DNA from: Bacteroidales bacterium
GTDB lineage: Bacteria > Bacteroidota > Bacteroidia > Bacteroidales > F082
Assembly (NCBI GenBank): GCA_045655965.1
Contig: JAZOQH010000015.1
Coordinates: forward strand, 212-64,211
Reading direction: 5' to 3'
Length of the DNA: 64,000 bases
A program made the translations under genes and the position numbers. Numbering within the stretch: position 1 is the first letter of the stretch; every line of letters begins with the position of its first letter. The notes under the pieces were generated by a model. That model was not told the origin of the DNA. It did not search any database and worked only from the letters and a program-made list of their open reading frames with translations. Below, piece after piece: positions 37,150-47,211 of this stretch.

Positions 37150-37307
37150 GAATGTGGAATTAGGAATTGAGGAGTTAGGAATTGAGGTAATGTAATAACT
37201 TTATTGTTGACTGCAGGAATTCTTTTTTCAAAGACGCCACATTTTAGAACTTTAGAATTTTAGAATTTGAATTCTAGAGTTCTAGAGTTCTAGAGTTCTA
37301 GAATTCT
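37136..37307. repeat. arrays (aattagga/attgagga; tttagaat/ttctagag x4) after the S8 peptidase stop
   Basis: Seen directly. The S8 stop codon lies in the first array. Confidence 0.9.
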
Positions 37308-37413
37308 CCCCTGCGTTAGGGATTGGAGCGGCATCCTTTTTTCGCGAAGGCGGAGACGAAGCGGAAAAAGATATAGCGGAAAGCCCGACGGCTTGCCGGA
37401 ACGCCCAGAAAAG

Positions 37414-37485
37414 AATTCTGGATTTGAGGATCTGAGGATTTCAGGATTTTTTCTCCATCACTCCTAATTCCTCATTCCTAATTAA
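37414..37485. repeat. arrays (gatttgag/gatctgag/gatttcag; tcctaatt/cctcattc)
   Basis: Left arm of a nested palindrome. It is the reverse complement of the words at 37549-37575. Confidence 0.85.
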
Positions 37486-37486
37486 T

Positions 37487-37542
37487 TAGACGCATCAATT
37501 ACATATTATTTATTTTTATGGTGTAATTTGATACGTCTCTAC
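37487..37542 (-). repeat. palindromic element, GTAGAGACG…CGTCT family, copy 3 (divergent)
   Basis: tagacgcatcaattacatattatttatttttatggtgtaatttgatacgtctctac. The stem is agacgcatcaaattaca-like with an AT-rich loop. Confidence 0.7.
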
Positions 37543-37625
37543 CCTGCCCTCTGAAATCCTGAAATCCTGATACCCTGAGTTCCTCAATTTCTCAGTTCCT
37601 CAATTCCAAAAAAAAGTTTCTGAGT
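37543..37625. repeat. arrays (ctgaaatc x2, ctgagttc/ctcaattt/ctcagttc/ctcaattc)
   Basis: Right arm of the nested palindrome, upstream of the leuS promoter box. Confidence 0.85.
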
Positions 37626-37640
37626 TTCAAAAAAATTCTT

Positions 37641-37648
37641 AATTTTGT
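37641..37648 (+). promoter_or_regulatory. Bacteroidetes-type -7 box TAATTTTG upstream of leuS
   Basis: Exact match to TAnnTTTG, 23 nt before the ATG. Confidence 0.5.
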
Positions 37649-37671
37649 AACCTTATCTAAACAATATAGTT

Positions 37672-40600
37672 ATGGATTACAATTTTAATGAAGTAGAAAA
37701 GAAATGGCAAGAATATTGGCGCGACAATAATATCTATAAAGTTGATATTGACAAGAATAAGCCAAAGTTTTATATCTTAGACATGTTCCCATATCCATCA
37801 GGAGCAGGTCTTCATGTGGGTCACCCTCTCGGTTATATAGCATCTGACATCTATGCTCGTTACAAACGTCTCAAAGGCTTTAACGTCCTTCACCCAATGG
37901 GTTACGACGCTTACGGTCTCCCAGCAGAGCAATATGCTATCCAAACCGGCACTCACCCTGCAATAACAACAGAGAAGAACATCAATCGTTATCGCGAACA
38001 AATGGATAAGATTGGTTTCTGCTACGACTGGGACCGCGAGGTACGCACCAGCGACCCTAATTATTACAAATGGACACAGTGGACTTTCATCCAGCTTTTC
38101 AATTCTTATTATTGTAACCAAGCTAAGAAGGCTCTTCCTATCGCTGAACTCGTCAAGATTTTCGAACAAAAAGGTTCAGAAGGTTTGAACGCTGCATGCA
38201 GCAAACCGCTCTCATTCACAGCAGAGGAATGGAAAGCCATGAGCGAGAAAGAGCAACAAGAAATCTTGATGAACTATCGCCTCGCTTACTTGGCAGACAC
38301 TATGGTTAACTGGTGTCCAGAACTCGGCACAGTACTCGCCAACGACGAAGTAGCCGACGGTCTCTCAGTCCGCGGCGGTCACCCTGTAGTACGTAAGACC
38401 ATGAAACAATGGTTGCTCCGTATCACAGCTTACGCAGAACGTCTCCTCGAAGGTCTCGACACCATCGAATGGAGCGAGTCAATCAAAGAAGTACAACGCA
38501 ACTGGATCGGCAAGTCGATGGGTGCATCATTATTCTTCGACATCGCTGATAAAGACATCAATATAGAAGTGTTCACCACACGTGCCGACACTCTCTTCGG
38601 AGCAAGTTTCATGGTGTTGGCTCCTGAACACGAAATGATAAGCAGCCTCGTCACTGAAGAACAACGTGCTGCTGTTGAAGAATACGTCACATGGGCTAAG
38701 AACCGCTCAGAACGTGAACGTATGGCAGAAGTGAAGAAAGTATCAGGCGTATTCACCGGTGCTTACGGCATCAACCCATTCACCGGCGCAAGAATACCAA
38801 TCTGGGTAGCTGACTACGTACTCATGGGCTACGGCACAGGCGCTATCATGGCAGTTCCTGCTCACGACAGCCGCGACTTCGCTTTCGCTCGTCACTTCGA
38901 CCTCCCTATCATCCAAGTCGTCGCTAAACCTGGCGAAGAGCCATCAGATGCTTCTCAATGGACAGAGTCATTCGACGCTAAAGAAGGCGTGATGGTCAAC
39001 TCTGAGTTCCTCAACGGCCTCACAGTGAAAGAAGCTATCGCAACAATGATTCAAAAGGTAGAAGAAAAAGGCATCGGCAAAGGCAAGACCAACTACCGTC
39101 TCCGCGACGCTATCTTCAGCCGTCAACGTTATTGGGGCGAGCCATTCCCAATCTATTATAAAGACGGAATGCCTTACGCTATCGACGAAAGCAGACTCCC
39201 TCTCGAGTTGCCTCCTATCGATGCATACAAACCAACAGAAACAGGCGAACCTCCATTGGCACGCGCTAAGAACTGGACAACAGAAGACGGTTGCCCTCTC
39301 GAAACAAACACAATGCCTGGCTTCGCTGGTTCAAGCGGCTACTACCTCCGCTATATGGATCCTCAAAACAATAACGAATTCATCAGCAAAGAAGCTAACG
39401 ACTATTGGCAACAAGTCGACTTATATATCGGCGGCGCCGAACACGGAACAGGTCACCTTATCTACAGCCGTTTCTGGAATAAGTTCTTATTCGACCTCGG
39501 CGTGATCTGCAAAGACGAACCATTCAAGAAGATGATCAACCAAGGTATGATCCAAGGCCGTACAAGCTTCGTATATCGCGTCAACTTCGAAAAGATGGCA
39601 GAATATAAAGCTTGGGAAGTCATCAAAGACAACAAACTCGGAGTCAAGTTCGTGAAAGACTTCAAGGTTGGTCACCGTAAGTTCGACTTTTTCTGCCAAG
39701 AAAAGAATTTAATAATAGAAATCAAGAAAGTGTCATCACTCGAAAAAGTAGCTGACGCTTACGAAAATATAGCTAAAGACTTAGGTTGCAAGATATTGCT
39801 CATCCCTATCCGTCAGGTCCTCATCGATGAAGACTTCACTGTTGTAAAACAAAAAATCCAAGACCTCATCGACGGTAAAGACGTTCCTGCATTTGAAGAT
39901 GTTGAAATGCTCGACGCACCACGTCTCTACGTTTCAAAGAATATCCCTGGAAGAGAATTCTACAGCGACCCTATCCGCGTCGACATCAGCATGGTCCACA
40001 ACGATATCCTCGACACAGAAGAATTCAAACAATGGCGTGACGACCTCAAAGACTCTAAGTTCATCTTCGAACATGACAAAGACGGCAACCCTATCTACGT
40101 CTGCGGCTGGGAAGTTGAAAAGATGTCTAAGTCAAAATTCAACGTACAAAATCCTGACGACCTCGTAGCAAAATACGGCGCCGACACATTGAGACTTTAT
40201 GAAATGTTCCTCGGGCCTCTCGAGCAATCAAAACCATGGGACACTCAAGGTATAGAAGGCGTATATCGTTTCATCCGTAAGTTCTGGAGATTATACACAG
40301 ACGAAAACAACGAGTTCTCATTCAGCGACGAGCCAGCAACAAAAGAAGAGTTGAAGTCATTACATAAACTCATCAAGAAAGAAGAAGACGATATCGAACG
40401 TATCTCTTTCAACACCGTCGTTTCTGCTTTCATGATCTGCGTCAACGAACTCACAGACCTCAAGTGCAACAAACGCGAAATCCTTGAGCCTCTCGCTATC
40501 ATGGTATCGCCTTACGCTCCTCACCTCGCTGAAGAGTTATGGCATCAAATGGGTCATGAAGACAGCGTAGTGACACAGAAATTCCCAGAATTCGTAGAAA

Positions 40601-40806
40601 GCTACGTCGTTGAAAACAACTTCACATATCCAGTATCTATCAACGGCAAGAAACGCTTCGACTTGGAATTGCCTATCACATTAACTCCAGCAGAGATAGA
40701 AAAAGCAGCTATCGAGACACCGGAAGCAGCAAAATGGATCGGCGACAAGAGCATCAAGAAAGTCGTTGTAGTTCCAAAGAAGATTATCAATATCGTAATA
40801 GGATAA
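37672..40806 (+). CDS. leuS: leucyl-tRNA synthetase, unusually long (1044 aa)
   Basis: HIGH motif (HVGHPLGY) and KMSKS at 40120-40134, a CP1 editing domain, and a LeuRS-typical N-terminus ([14 protein letters not shown]). It contains an extra insert of about 110 aa at 39583-39921. Confidence 0.95.
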   Translation: MDYNFNEVEKKWQEYWRDNNIYKVDIDKNKPKFYILDMFPYPSGAGLHVGHPLGYIASDIYARYKRLKGFNVLHPMGYDAYGLPAEQYAIQTGTHPAITTEKNINRYREQMDKIGFCYDWDREVRTSDPNYYKWTQWTFIQLFNSYYCNQAKKALPIAELVKIFEQKGSEGLNAACSKPLSFTAEEWKAMSEKEQQEILMNYRLAYLADTMVNWCPELGTVLANDEVADGLSVRGGHPVVRKTMKQWLLRITAYAERLLEGLDTIEWSESIKEVQRNWIGKSMGASLFFDIADKDINIEVFTTRADTLFGASFMVLAPEHEMISSLVTEEQRAAVEEYVTWAKNRSERERMAEVKKVSGVFTGAYGINPFTGARIPIWVADYVLMGYGTGAIMAVPAHDSRDFAFARHFDLPIIQVVAKPGEEPSDASQWTESFDAKEGVMVNSEFLNGLTVKEAIATMIQKVEEKGIGKGKTNYRLRDAIFSRQRYWGEPFPIYYKDGMPYAIDESRLPLELPPIDAYKPTETGEPPLARAKNWTTEDGCPLETNTMPGFAGSSGYYLRYMDPQNNNEFISKEANDYWQQVDLYIGGAEHGTGHLIYSRFWNKFLFDLGVICKDEPFKKMINQGMIQGRTSFVYRVNFEKMAEYKAWEVIKDNKLGVKFVKDFKVGHRKFDFFCQEKNLIIEIKKVSSLEKVADAYENIAKDLGCKILLIPIRQVLIDEDFTVVKQKIQDLIDGKDVPAFEDVEMLDAPRLYVSKNIPGREFYSDPIRVDISMVHNDILDTEEFKQWRDDLKDSKFIFEHDKDGNPIYVCGWEVEKMSKSKFNVQNPDDLVAKYGADTLRLYEMFLGPLEQSKPWDTQGIEGVYRFIRKFWRLYTDENNEFSFSDEPATKEELKSLHKLIKKEEDDIERISFNTVVSAFMICVNELTDLKCNKREILEPLAIMVSPYAPHLAEELWHQMGHEDSVVTQKFPEFVESYVVENNFTYPVSINGKKRFDLELPITLTPAEIEKAAIETPEAAKWIGDKSIKKVVVVPKKIINIVIG

Positions 40807-40810
40807 CAGA

Positions 40811-40838
40811 AAAAGACAGCTTAGGCTGTCTTTTTTTT
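40811..40838 (+). terminator. leuS rho-independent terminator
   Basis: aaagacagc ttag gctgtcttttttttt. Confidence 0.85.
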
Positions 40839-40936
40839 AACCATTGAACTTTGAACTTTGAACTAAGAACTTTGAACTAAGAACCTTAAAAATTCTGAGA
40901 TCCTGAGTTTCAAAAAAAGTCCTAAGTTCAATGGTT
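40839..40936. repeat. array block bounded by an 11-bp inverted repeat (aaccattgaac … gttcaatggtt)
   Basis: gaacttt/gaactaa x5 then ctgagatc/ctgagttt. The terminal inverted repeat was seen directly. Confidence 0.85.
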
Positions 40937-40984
40937 CAAAAAAAAGAACCCCAGAAAAAAGATTCTGAGGTTCTGAGTTTTTGA
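40937..40984. terminator. bidirectional hairpin module (gaaccccaga…tctgaggttc), copy 1
   Basis: aaaaaaaagaaccccagaaaaaagattctgaggttctgagttttt. A near-identical copy lies at 57101-57138 in reverse orientation. Confidence 0.6.
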
Positions 40985-41000
40985 ATTTCTAATAAAGTTC

Positions 41001-43955
41001 TTATTTGACTGTAACTTTTCTTACAATGATTGTGTTGCCTTGTTGAAGTGTCAAGAAGTAAACTCCTGTGTTAATGTCTTCAACATTGATTGAAGCGTTT
41101 TGCATATCGCTGATGTTGACGCTCTTTACGAGGCGGCCTGTGAGGTCAACGATGTTTGCTGTTGCTTCGCCTGCCAATTCTGTTTGGATGTAAACAACTG
41201 AAGATGCTGGGTTTGGATACAAGCTTACAGATGTTGCAGCAATTTCGTTAACGTTGATATTGCCAACGTGGAATGTCAATACTTCTGATTTTTCTGATTC
41301 GTTGCCAGCGTTGTCAACTGTTGTTACATATACAGAATAGTCAGCATTTGATTCAACGTCGATGATAGCTTCTGGGCCATATACTGTGCAAGCTACATTG
41401 TCGGAGTTGACATAAACGTTGAAGTGGCTGAAGTCTGTAATTTCTGGCATATCCCATCTTACAGGAACATAGTTACGCCATCCTAAGATGCTTTCGTCAA
41501 CGCGGAGGTTTTCTGGAGCTTCTGGTGTTTCGTCATCGATGAAATATTTGAATGTGTCGTAACCTATTGGGCTGAATGTATCGATGTTGTTGTATGGCCA
41601 GTAAGCGTGATATTCAGCGCCGCTTGATCTGTAGAACAAATAAACGCTGCTTTCGTTGTTTGCGTCTAATGAGATTTGGTGGTCAGCATCGCCGAATTCG
41701 AGAACGAACTCACCTGTTACGTGACCAGCAGCTTGTGAGAATGCTACTTCTGCATCATTAATTTGTGTCACATCGCCAACGCCGCCTGTTACATAAATCG
41801 GACGATATTGAAGGATGCCAGTGCCGCCGCTATATTTGAACCAGTAGTTACCTTCTGTGTTGTCTGATTCTGGATATACGTGGTCGTTGTTATCGTCGAA
41901 GTACAATGCCAAACAGTCGTTTTCTGACAATTCAGTGTCTTTGAAGTCTTCCAAACCGATGTATAATTTTTGGCCGTCAGTCTTGACGTACATATAAACT
42001 GTTCCGAATGGGTCGACGCCTTCTGTGATACCTGTGAAGTCGGAGATGTCAACTCTGAAAGCATCTGCCCATTCACCGTCAGACAAAACGCCGTCGATAG
42101 TTGGAGCTGTACCGTTATAAACTTCTACAACTTCTGTGATATATGCTGTTGAAGCATAGCCATAAGCGTTGTTTGACAATGGAGTCTCGAGGTTACCAGC
42201 CAACAATGCTGTTACTGCGTAGTAATATGCCTTTGTAGGGATTGCTGTTTCGTCAACGTATGTTGTAGCATCTGTTCCTATTGTTGCCAATGGTTCAGCA
42301 TAAGGAGCGTTGATGTCATCTTTACGATAGATGTTATATCCTTCGAATGAGCCTTCGAATGCCTCCCAGCGGAGGTTTACAGCTACTTCAGAACCTTGTG
42401 TTGCATAGAGGTTCTTGATAGGAGCGCCAACAGGTTCCAATGTTGCTTCGAGGTTTGTAGCCTGACCTGCTGTGATTTGTACGTTGCTGATTGTTTGAGG
42501 ATTGAAACCAATCTTAGAAATAGTTACGTTGTATGTTCCTTCTGGAATATATTTAACGTCAGCAACGCCTTCGCCGTTAGTATAAGCATAATAATTGTCG
42601 AGGCCTTCAACAGTAACGACAGCATCGCTGAAGTCTGTCACGCCGTTCAATGTGATTGATGCAGCGATAGAACCTACGTATGAAGGAGTAGATTTAATCA
42701 TATAAGCATTACCGCCCCAACCCATTTCGTATGAGTGAACGCCTTTACCAGCGCCAACGCAGTATGCACCGTCATCAGTGATGTCGATGTAACACATTGA
42801 ACCAGGGCTATTGACTGACAAGAAAGGTTCAACGCTTTGACGACGGAAGATCAAGATGTCGCCTGTTGAGTGGTTCATTGGACCGTCGGTTGCTACAGCG
42901 ATGAGAGAACCGTCGGCAGTGACGTCGATATTATTGACAGGACCGCCTGTTGTTGCAACCCATACAGGAGTGTTTGAGTAGTTGTTGAACAAGAAGACAC
43001 ATCCATCGTAGCCGTCGCTTACGAATCCTAATGTGCCGAACATCACTAATGAACCGTCAGGAGTGATAGCGTTTGAGTAGCCCCAGCAGCTGCTTTGACC
43101 GTCCATCTTAAGATTTGCGTTCCATTGTTCAACATATTTTTCGCCATCCCATTTGCAGAGGTGGCCTTTGCCATCCATGTCGCACCATGCGAGATAAGTA
43201 GCGTCAGCATTTACGACAGGAGGTTGTTTAGCACTATTATTATAATAGTATATGCCATCTTGGAGGATGTCGCCGCTTTCTGGGTCTAAGACATAGATTT
43301 CACTGTTGCCTCTGTCAGCAGCAATCAATCTTGAGTTGTCGTCAGCGATGCTGATGTCAGCGATATCGCTACCGACCTTTGCTTCTGTTGTCCATTCCAT
43401 GACGCCATCGCTAGTGTAACGTGCTACGAAAGCAACCATATTATTATTATCATAAGAACCAGTGCCGTATGAAAGATAAATAGCAGTACCTTCTTTATTA
43501 ACTGCTACTGCGCCAACAAGGCCACCTGCGTTAATAGTAGCTACTGTTGAACCAGTGTTGTCTAACAATGTCACAACACCATCATTAACAACGGCATATA
43601 AGTTACCTGCTTTATTAGCTGCTGCGAAAGGCCATTCTGCTGTTGTTGCCACTGTCCATTCTGCAATACCGTTTTCACTATATGACTCTACTCTAGCGTC
43701 ATTGGTTTCCCAATTAACGACAGCATTCAAATTTTCTTCTGAGATAAATACATTACCACCGATACCATATTCTTCGTTGTTATGCCATACGATTTCAGCA
43801 TCGGAAATAATTGAACGAGTATTCTGTTGTTGAACAACTTCGCTAGAAGCTTTTGTAGTTGTACCATTAGCTGTAGTGATAGTCTTGACGCCGACTTGAG
43901 CGTTTACGCCTAATGCTATTGCAACAAGCGCAAATGAGAGTAAAATTCGTCTCAT
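41001..43955 (-). CDS. large secreted T9SS cargo protein (beta-propeller-like repeats, CarboxypepD_reg-like, CBM9/DOMON-like, FN3)
   Basis: 984 aa with a signal peptide. Recurring …T.DGS.I.V… propeller-like repeats, then VVTVEGLDNYYAYTNGEGVADVKYIPEGTYNVTISKIGFNP, DGVLSDGEWADAF, and the CTD LYPNPASSVVYI…TGVYFLTLQQ…KVTVK. Confidence 0.75.
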   Translation of the reverse strand: MRRILLSFALVAIALGVNAQVGVKTITTANGTTTKASSEVVQQQNTRSIISDAEIVWHNNEEYGIGGNVFISEENLNAVVNWETNDARVESYSENGIAEWTVATTAEWPFAAANKAGNLYAVVNDGVVTLLDNTGSTVATINAGGLVGAVAVNKEGTAIYLSYGTGSYDNNNMVAFVARYTSDGVMEWTTEAKVGSDIADISIADDNSRLIAADRGNSEIYVLDPESGDILQDGIYYYNNSAKQPPVVNADATYLAWCDMDGKGHLCKWDGEKYVEQWNANLKMDGQSSCWGYSNAITPDGSLVMFGTLGFVSDGYDGCVFLFNNYSNTPVWVATTGGPVNNIDVTADGSLIAVATDGPMNHSTGDILIFRRQSVEPFLSVNSPGSMCYIDITDDGAYCVGAGKGVHSYEMGWGGNAYMIKSTPSYVGSIAASITLNGVTDFSDAVVTVEGLDNYYAYTNGEGVADVKYIPEGTYNVTISKIGFNPQTISNVQITAGQATNLEATLEPVGAPIKNLYATQGSEVAVNLRWEAFEGSFEGYNIYRKDDINAPYAEPLATIGTDATTYVDETAIPTKAYYYAVTALLAGNLETPLSNNAYGYASTAYITEVVEVYNGTAPTIDGVLSDGEWADAFRVDISDFTGITEGVDPFGTVYMYVKTDGQKLYIGLEDFKDTELSENDCLALYFDDNNDHVYPESDNTEGNYWFKYSGGTGILQYRPIYVTGGVGDVTQINDAEVAFSQAAGHVTGEFVLEFGDADHQISLDANNESSVYLFYRSSGAEYHAYWPYNNIDTFSPIGYDTFKYFIDDETPEAPENLRVDESILGWRNYVPVRWDMPEITDFSHFNVYVNSDNVACTVYGPEAIIDVESNADYSVYVTTVDNAGNESEKSEVLTFHVGNINVNEIAATSVSLYPNPASSVVYIQTELAGEATANIVDLTGRLVKSVNISDMQNASINVEDINTGVYFLTLQQGNTIIVRKVTVK

Positions 43956-44155
43956 AGTGCAAAAAATTTAGTTAATAATATAATTAGAAAATCTAAAATT
44001 CTAAAAAAAATGTGGATGGGATTAAGAGAGCCCATTTTGTTTCATGATTCACATCAATAGAGTATCGCAAAGTTATATATTTATTGATACTTTGCAAACT
44101 TTTTTTGATAAAAATTTAATATTTTTTTTCAACTCCAAGATTATCAAAATAGAAT

Positions 44156-44191
44156 AAAAAAAAGACTATCCGAATTTCGGATAGTCTTTTT
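44156..44191 (-). terminator. rho-independent terminator of the DPP4 gene
   Basis: aaaagactatccg aattt cggatagtcttttt. Confidence 0.8.
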
Positions 44192-44226
44192 CCTTTAGCC
44201 TTTAGTCTTTAGACCTTTGTCTTTAA
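44191..44226. repeat. 7-nt array (cctttag/tctttag/acctttg) after the DPP4 stop
   Basis: Seen directly. Confidence 0.85.
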
Positions 44227-46377
44227 TTAAAGATTTGCTTTAAAATATTCAGTGATCTTTGTTACCAAATGAGCTCTGTCTGGACCGTAAACGTTATGGT
44301 CATGACCTGGATATACGAAGTAGTCTAATTGTTTTCCGTTGTGGATACAGTTTTCAACGAAAACCAAAGAGTGCTGCCAAAGAACTACAGGGTCTGTTGT
44401 GCAGTGGATAATCATCAACTTGCCTTCGAGTTTCTCTGTCTTGTTTTCCAAGCTTGTCAATTCGTATCCTTCTGGATTTTCTTCTGGTGTGTCCATATAA
44501 CGTTCGCCGTACATTATTTCATAATATTTCCAATCCATAACAGGACCGCCTGCTGTTGAAACCTTAACATCTTCTGGATAGTTGATTTTCATGTTTGTAC
44601 TCATGAAACCGCCGTAGCTCCATCCGTCTGTTCCGATGCGGTCGGCATCAACGTAAGGAAGTGACTTAAGATAATCGATACCGACTTTTTGGTCGCGCAT
44701 TTCTGCTTGTCCGCATTGACGGTGGATGATTTGTTCAAAAGCCTCGCCTCTGTCGGCTGAACCTCTGTTATCCAAAGTAAAGACAATGAAACCTTCTTGT
44801 GAGAGATAATGTAAATAAATGCCAGCGCCTGCTGTCCATTCGTCTGTAATCAATTGAGCATGAGGACCGCCATAAACATAGATGATGACAGGATATTTCT
44901 TTTCTGGATCGAAGTTATAAGGCTTGATAAGACGTGTGTAAAGTGTTTGTCCGTCTTCTGCTTCCAAAGTGCCGAGTTCTATTGTACCGATGTTATAATC
45001 TTTCAATGGGTCTTCAGCTTCGTGCAAACGAGCAACCATCTTGCCATTGACATCCATGAGGTCAACGTTTCTTGCGACGTCAGTGCTTGAATATGAATCC
45101 AAGAAATATTTTCCTGAAGCACTTGGTGTCACGCTATGTGTACCATGTTGTTTTGTAACCTTAACTTTCTTGCCAGTCTTGATGTTATGTTTGTAATAAT
45201 GACGTTCCAAAGGACTTACCTCTGTTGAAGTGTAATAAACGTTGTCACCTTTTTTGTCGAAGCCTTCGAATGATGTGATAACGAAATCGCCTTTTGTGAT
45301 TTGTGTAGCTTCTTTTGTCACTGTGTTATGTTTCCAGATATGATAGAAACCATCACGTTGAGCGAGCCATAAAAATTCTTTTGTATTGTTTGGCAAGAAG
45401 TGAGCTGGACCGACTGGTTCAACATATTGCTCGTCTTTATCTTCGAAGATAGTTTGTAAATATTCGCCGTTCAATGCGTTATATTCATTGAATTGGATAT
45501 GATTTTGACCGCGGTTCAATACGCCGATATAAATCATTTCGTTATTAGGATTCCAAGTGATTGCTGTAAGATATTGGTCAGCTGGACCTTCTGTCTTAAC
45601 TACTGTCTCTTCACCGTTTACTGTGTTATATACTTTCAAAGTAACTTCGTGACTTGTCATGCCTGCCATTGGATATTTGATAGGTTTTGCAGTAGCCACG
45701 CGTTCTGTGATGTCAACTAAAGGATAGTCTGTAACCATGCTTTCGTCCATTGAATAATAAGCGAGTTTGCTTCCGTCAGGTGACCAGAAGATACCGCCTT
45801 CGATAGCGAATTCGTTACGGTGAACTGATTGACCAGCGACGACATTTTCTGCGTTGTCAGTAACTTGTACTTGTTTGTCGCCATCAGCATAATATAAGTT
45901 ATTGTCGATGGTATAAGCCACTTTCAAAGAAGGTGTTGTCACTGTGTAGTTTTCAGCATTTGAAGGTATTGCTGTGACTTTCTTTATGTTTTTAGCTTTA
46001 ACATCTAAAAGGTTAACATTGATGCTGTTAGTATTTTTATCGAAGCTATAATAATAAGCTTTGTCAGCGTCAATCCATGTGAGGTTAGGAAGACGTTTGA
46101 TGCTATCCATTCCAGCTTGATTCAAATAAGAGTTGACTTGGTCTAATGTCAGCATAACGCTTGCTTTCTTTGCGTTAGCATCTTGAACCATAAGGTCGTT
46201 ACCTTCTGTAAAGATGTATTTGTCGGTATTTGTCAACCATTTAACGTTTTTGCCTACTGGATAAATGCTGCGATTTTGATAAGCAGCGTCGTTAGGTGTA
46301 AGCATTTTCTTTTCTTGAGCAAAGATTGAACTTACAGAAAGGCAAATCAATGCAATTAATAAAAATGTCTTTTTCAT
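44227..46377 (-). CDS. dipeptidyl-peptidase IV (S9B prolyl dipeptidyl peptidase)
   Basis: 716 aa with a signal peptide and a DPPIV N-terminal propeller region (…WSPDGSKLAYY…). The catalytic GWSYGGFMS is present, with later D/H contexts (…HCTTDPVV…, …YPGHDHNV…). Confidence 0.9.
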   Translation of the reverse strand: MKKTFLLIALICLSVSSIFAQEKKMLTPNDAAYQNRSIYPVGKNVKWLTNTDKYIFTEGNDLMVQDANAKKASVMLTLDQVNSYLNQAGMDSIKRLPNLTWIDADKAYYYSFDKNTNSINVNLLDVKAKNIKKVTAIPSNAENYTVTTPSLKVAYTIDNNLYYADGDKQVQVTDNAENVVAGQSVHRNEFAIEGGIFWSPDGSKLAYYSMDESMVTDYPLVDITERVATAKPIKYPMAGMTSHEVTLKVYNTVNGEETVVKTEGPADQYLTAITWNPNNEMIYIGVLNRGQNHIQFNEYNALNGEYLQTIFEDKDEQYVEPVGPAHFLPNNTKEFLWLAQRDGFYHIWKHNTVTKEATQITKGDFVITSFEGFDKKGDNVYYTSTEVSPLERHYYKHNIKTGKKVKVTKQHGTHSVTPSASGKYFLDSYSSTDVARNVDLMDVNGKMVARLHEAEDPLKDYNIGTIELGTLEAEDGQTLYTRLIKPYNFDPEKKYPVIIYVYGGPHAQLITDEWTAGAGIYLHYLSQEGFIVFTLDNRGSADRGEAFEQIIHRQCGQAEMRDQKVGIDYLKSLPYVDADRIGTDGWSYGGFMSTNMKINYPEDVKVSTAGGPVMDWKYYEIMYGERYMDTPEENPEGYELTSLENKTEKLEGKLMIIHCTTDPVVLWQHSLVFVENCIHNGKQLDYFVYPGHDHNVYGPDRAHLVTKITEYFKANL

Positions 46378-46389
46378 AGTTTTATAATT

Positions 46390-46427
46390 TAATTTTCAAC
46401 TTTCAATTTTCAATTTTCAACTTTCAT
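46390..46427. repeat. array ttcaactt/tcaatttt spanning the GGGPS stop codon
   Basis: taattttcaactttcaattttcaattttcaactttcatg. It encodes …HES*, the same terminal gaaagttga as rsmI. Confidence 0.85.
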
Positions 46428-47145
46428 GTACTGCGTCGGCGAATTCCTGAAGTTTGTCGATGCTTTTTTCGAGCGCGTTGCCGACCACTATGACATCAGC
46501 GCCAGCCCTTGCTGCGTTGGCAGCTTTTTCAGGAGTGTTGATGCCGCCGCCAATGATAAGAGGTATTTCTATTGTCTTTTTGACTTTTGAAATCATCTCA
46601 GCCGATATCGGCTCTATGGCTCCCGAACCAGCATCCATATATATGATTTTCAGTCCCAACATCTCGCCTGCGAGAGCTGTGCACATCGCGATATCGTCCT
46701 TGTCGTGAGGTATCGGAGTGGTATTGCTCATATAAGAGACCGAAGTCTGCTTGCCTCCATCAATCAGCATATAACCTGTCGGGATTATCTCATTGCCATA
46801 AAGCTTGAGATATGGAGCAGAGATGACATGACGTCCAATGAGCATTTCCGCATTACGTCCCGAGATGAGAGAGAGCAACAGAAAACCGTCGCACCACTTG
46901 CTTATCTGCAAGGAGTTGCCAGGGAAAATCAGCACAGGAATGTCGCAATGTTTCTTGATGAGTTTTATGCAATTATCCAAACTATCTGTTGTGAGCAGGC
47001 TTCCTCCTACAAAGAAAAAGTCAACGCCAACTTTTACAGATTTCTCAACTATTTCGACAATCTGTTCGTCGGTAGGTTTGTCAGGATCGATTAATACGAC
47101 AAATTTCTTTTTAGAAGTATCTGATAATCTATTATATACATTCAT
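46417..47145 (-). CDS. geranylgeranylglyceryl/heptaprenylglyceryl phosphate synthase family protein (PcrB/GGGPS)
   Basis: 242 aa, TIM-barrel phosphate-binding pattern: VLIDPDK…, DFFFVGGS, IIYMDAGSG and PLIIGGGINTPEKA…GADVIVVGNALE. Confidence 0.8.
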   Translation of the reverse strand: MNVYNRLSDTSKKKFVVLIDPDKPTDEQIVEIVEKSVKVGVDFFFVGGSLLTTDSLDNCIKLIKKHCDIPVLIFPGNSLQISKWCDGFLLLSLISGRNAEMLIGRHVISAPYLKLYGNEIIPTGYMLIDGGKQTSVSYMSNTTPIPHDKDDIAMCTALAGEMLGLKIIYMDAGSGAIEPISAEMISKVKKTIEIPLIIGGGINTPEKAANAARAGADVIVVGNALEKSIDKLQEFADAVHES

Positions 47146-47211
47146 ATAGCATTCTATTGTAATAGTTTACGAAGATAAGATTTTTTTCTATATAAACATC
47201 CAGAAATATTT

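Noticed and set aside
37242-37307. Possible CRISPR array (regular short repeats such as ttctagag x4; likewise 88-140 and 50921-50965).
   Set aside because: The period is only 7-8 nt, the units are contiguous with no spacers, and there are no cas genes in the window. These are microsatellite-like arrays.
39583-39921. Intein in LeuRS.
   Set aside because: There is no Cys/Ser/Thr at the N-terminal junction, no His-Asn plus Cys/Ser/Thr at the C-terminal junction, and no LAGLIDADG or HNH blocks. The segment looks like a retained domain.
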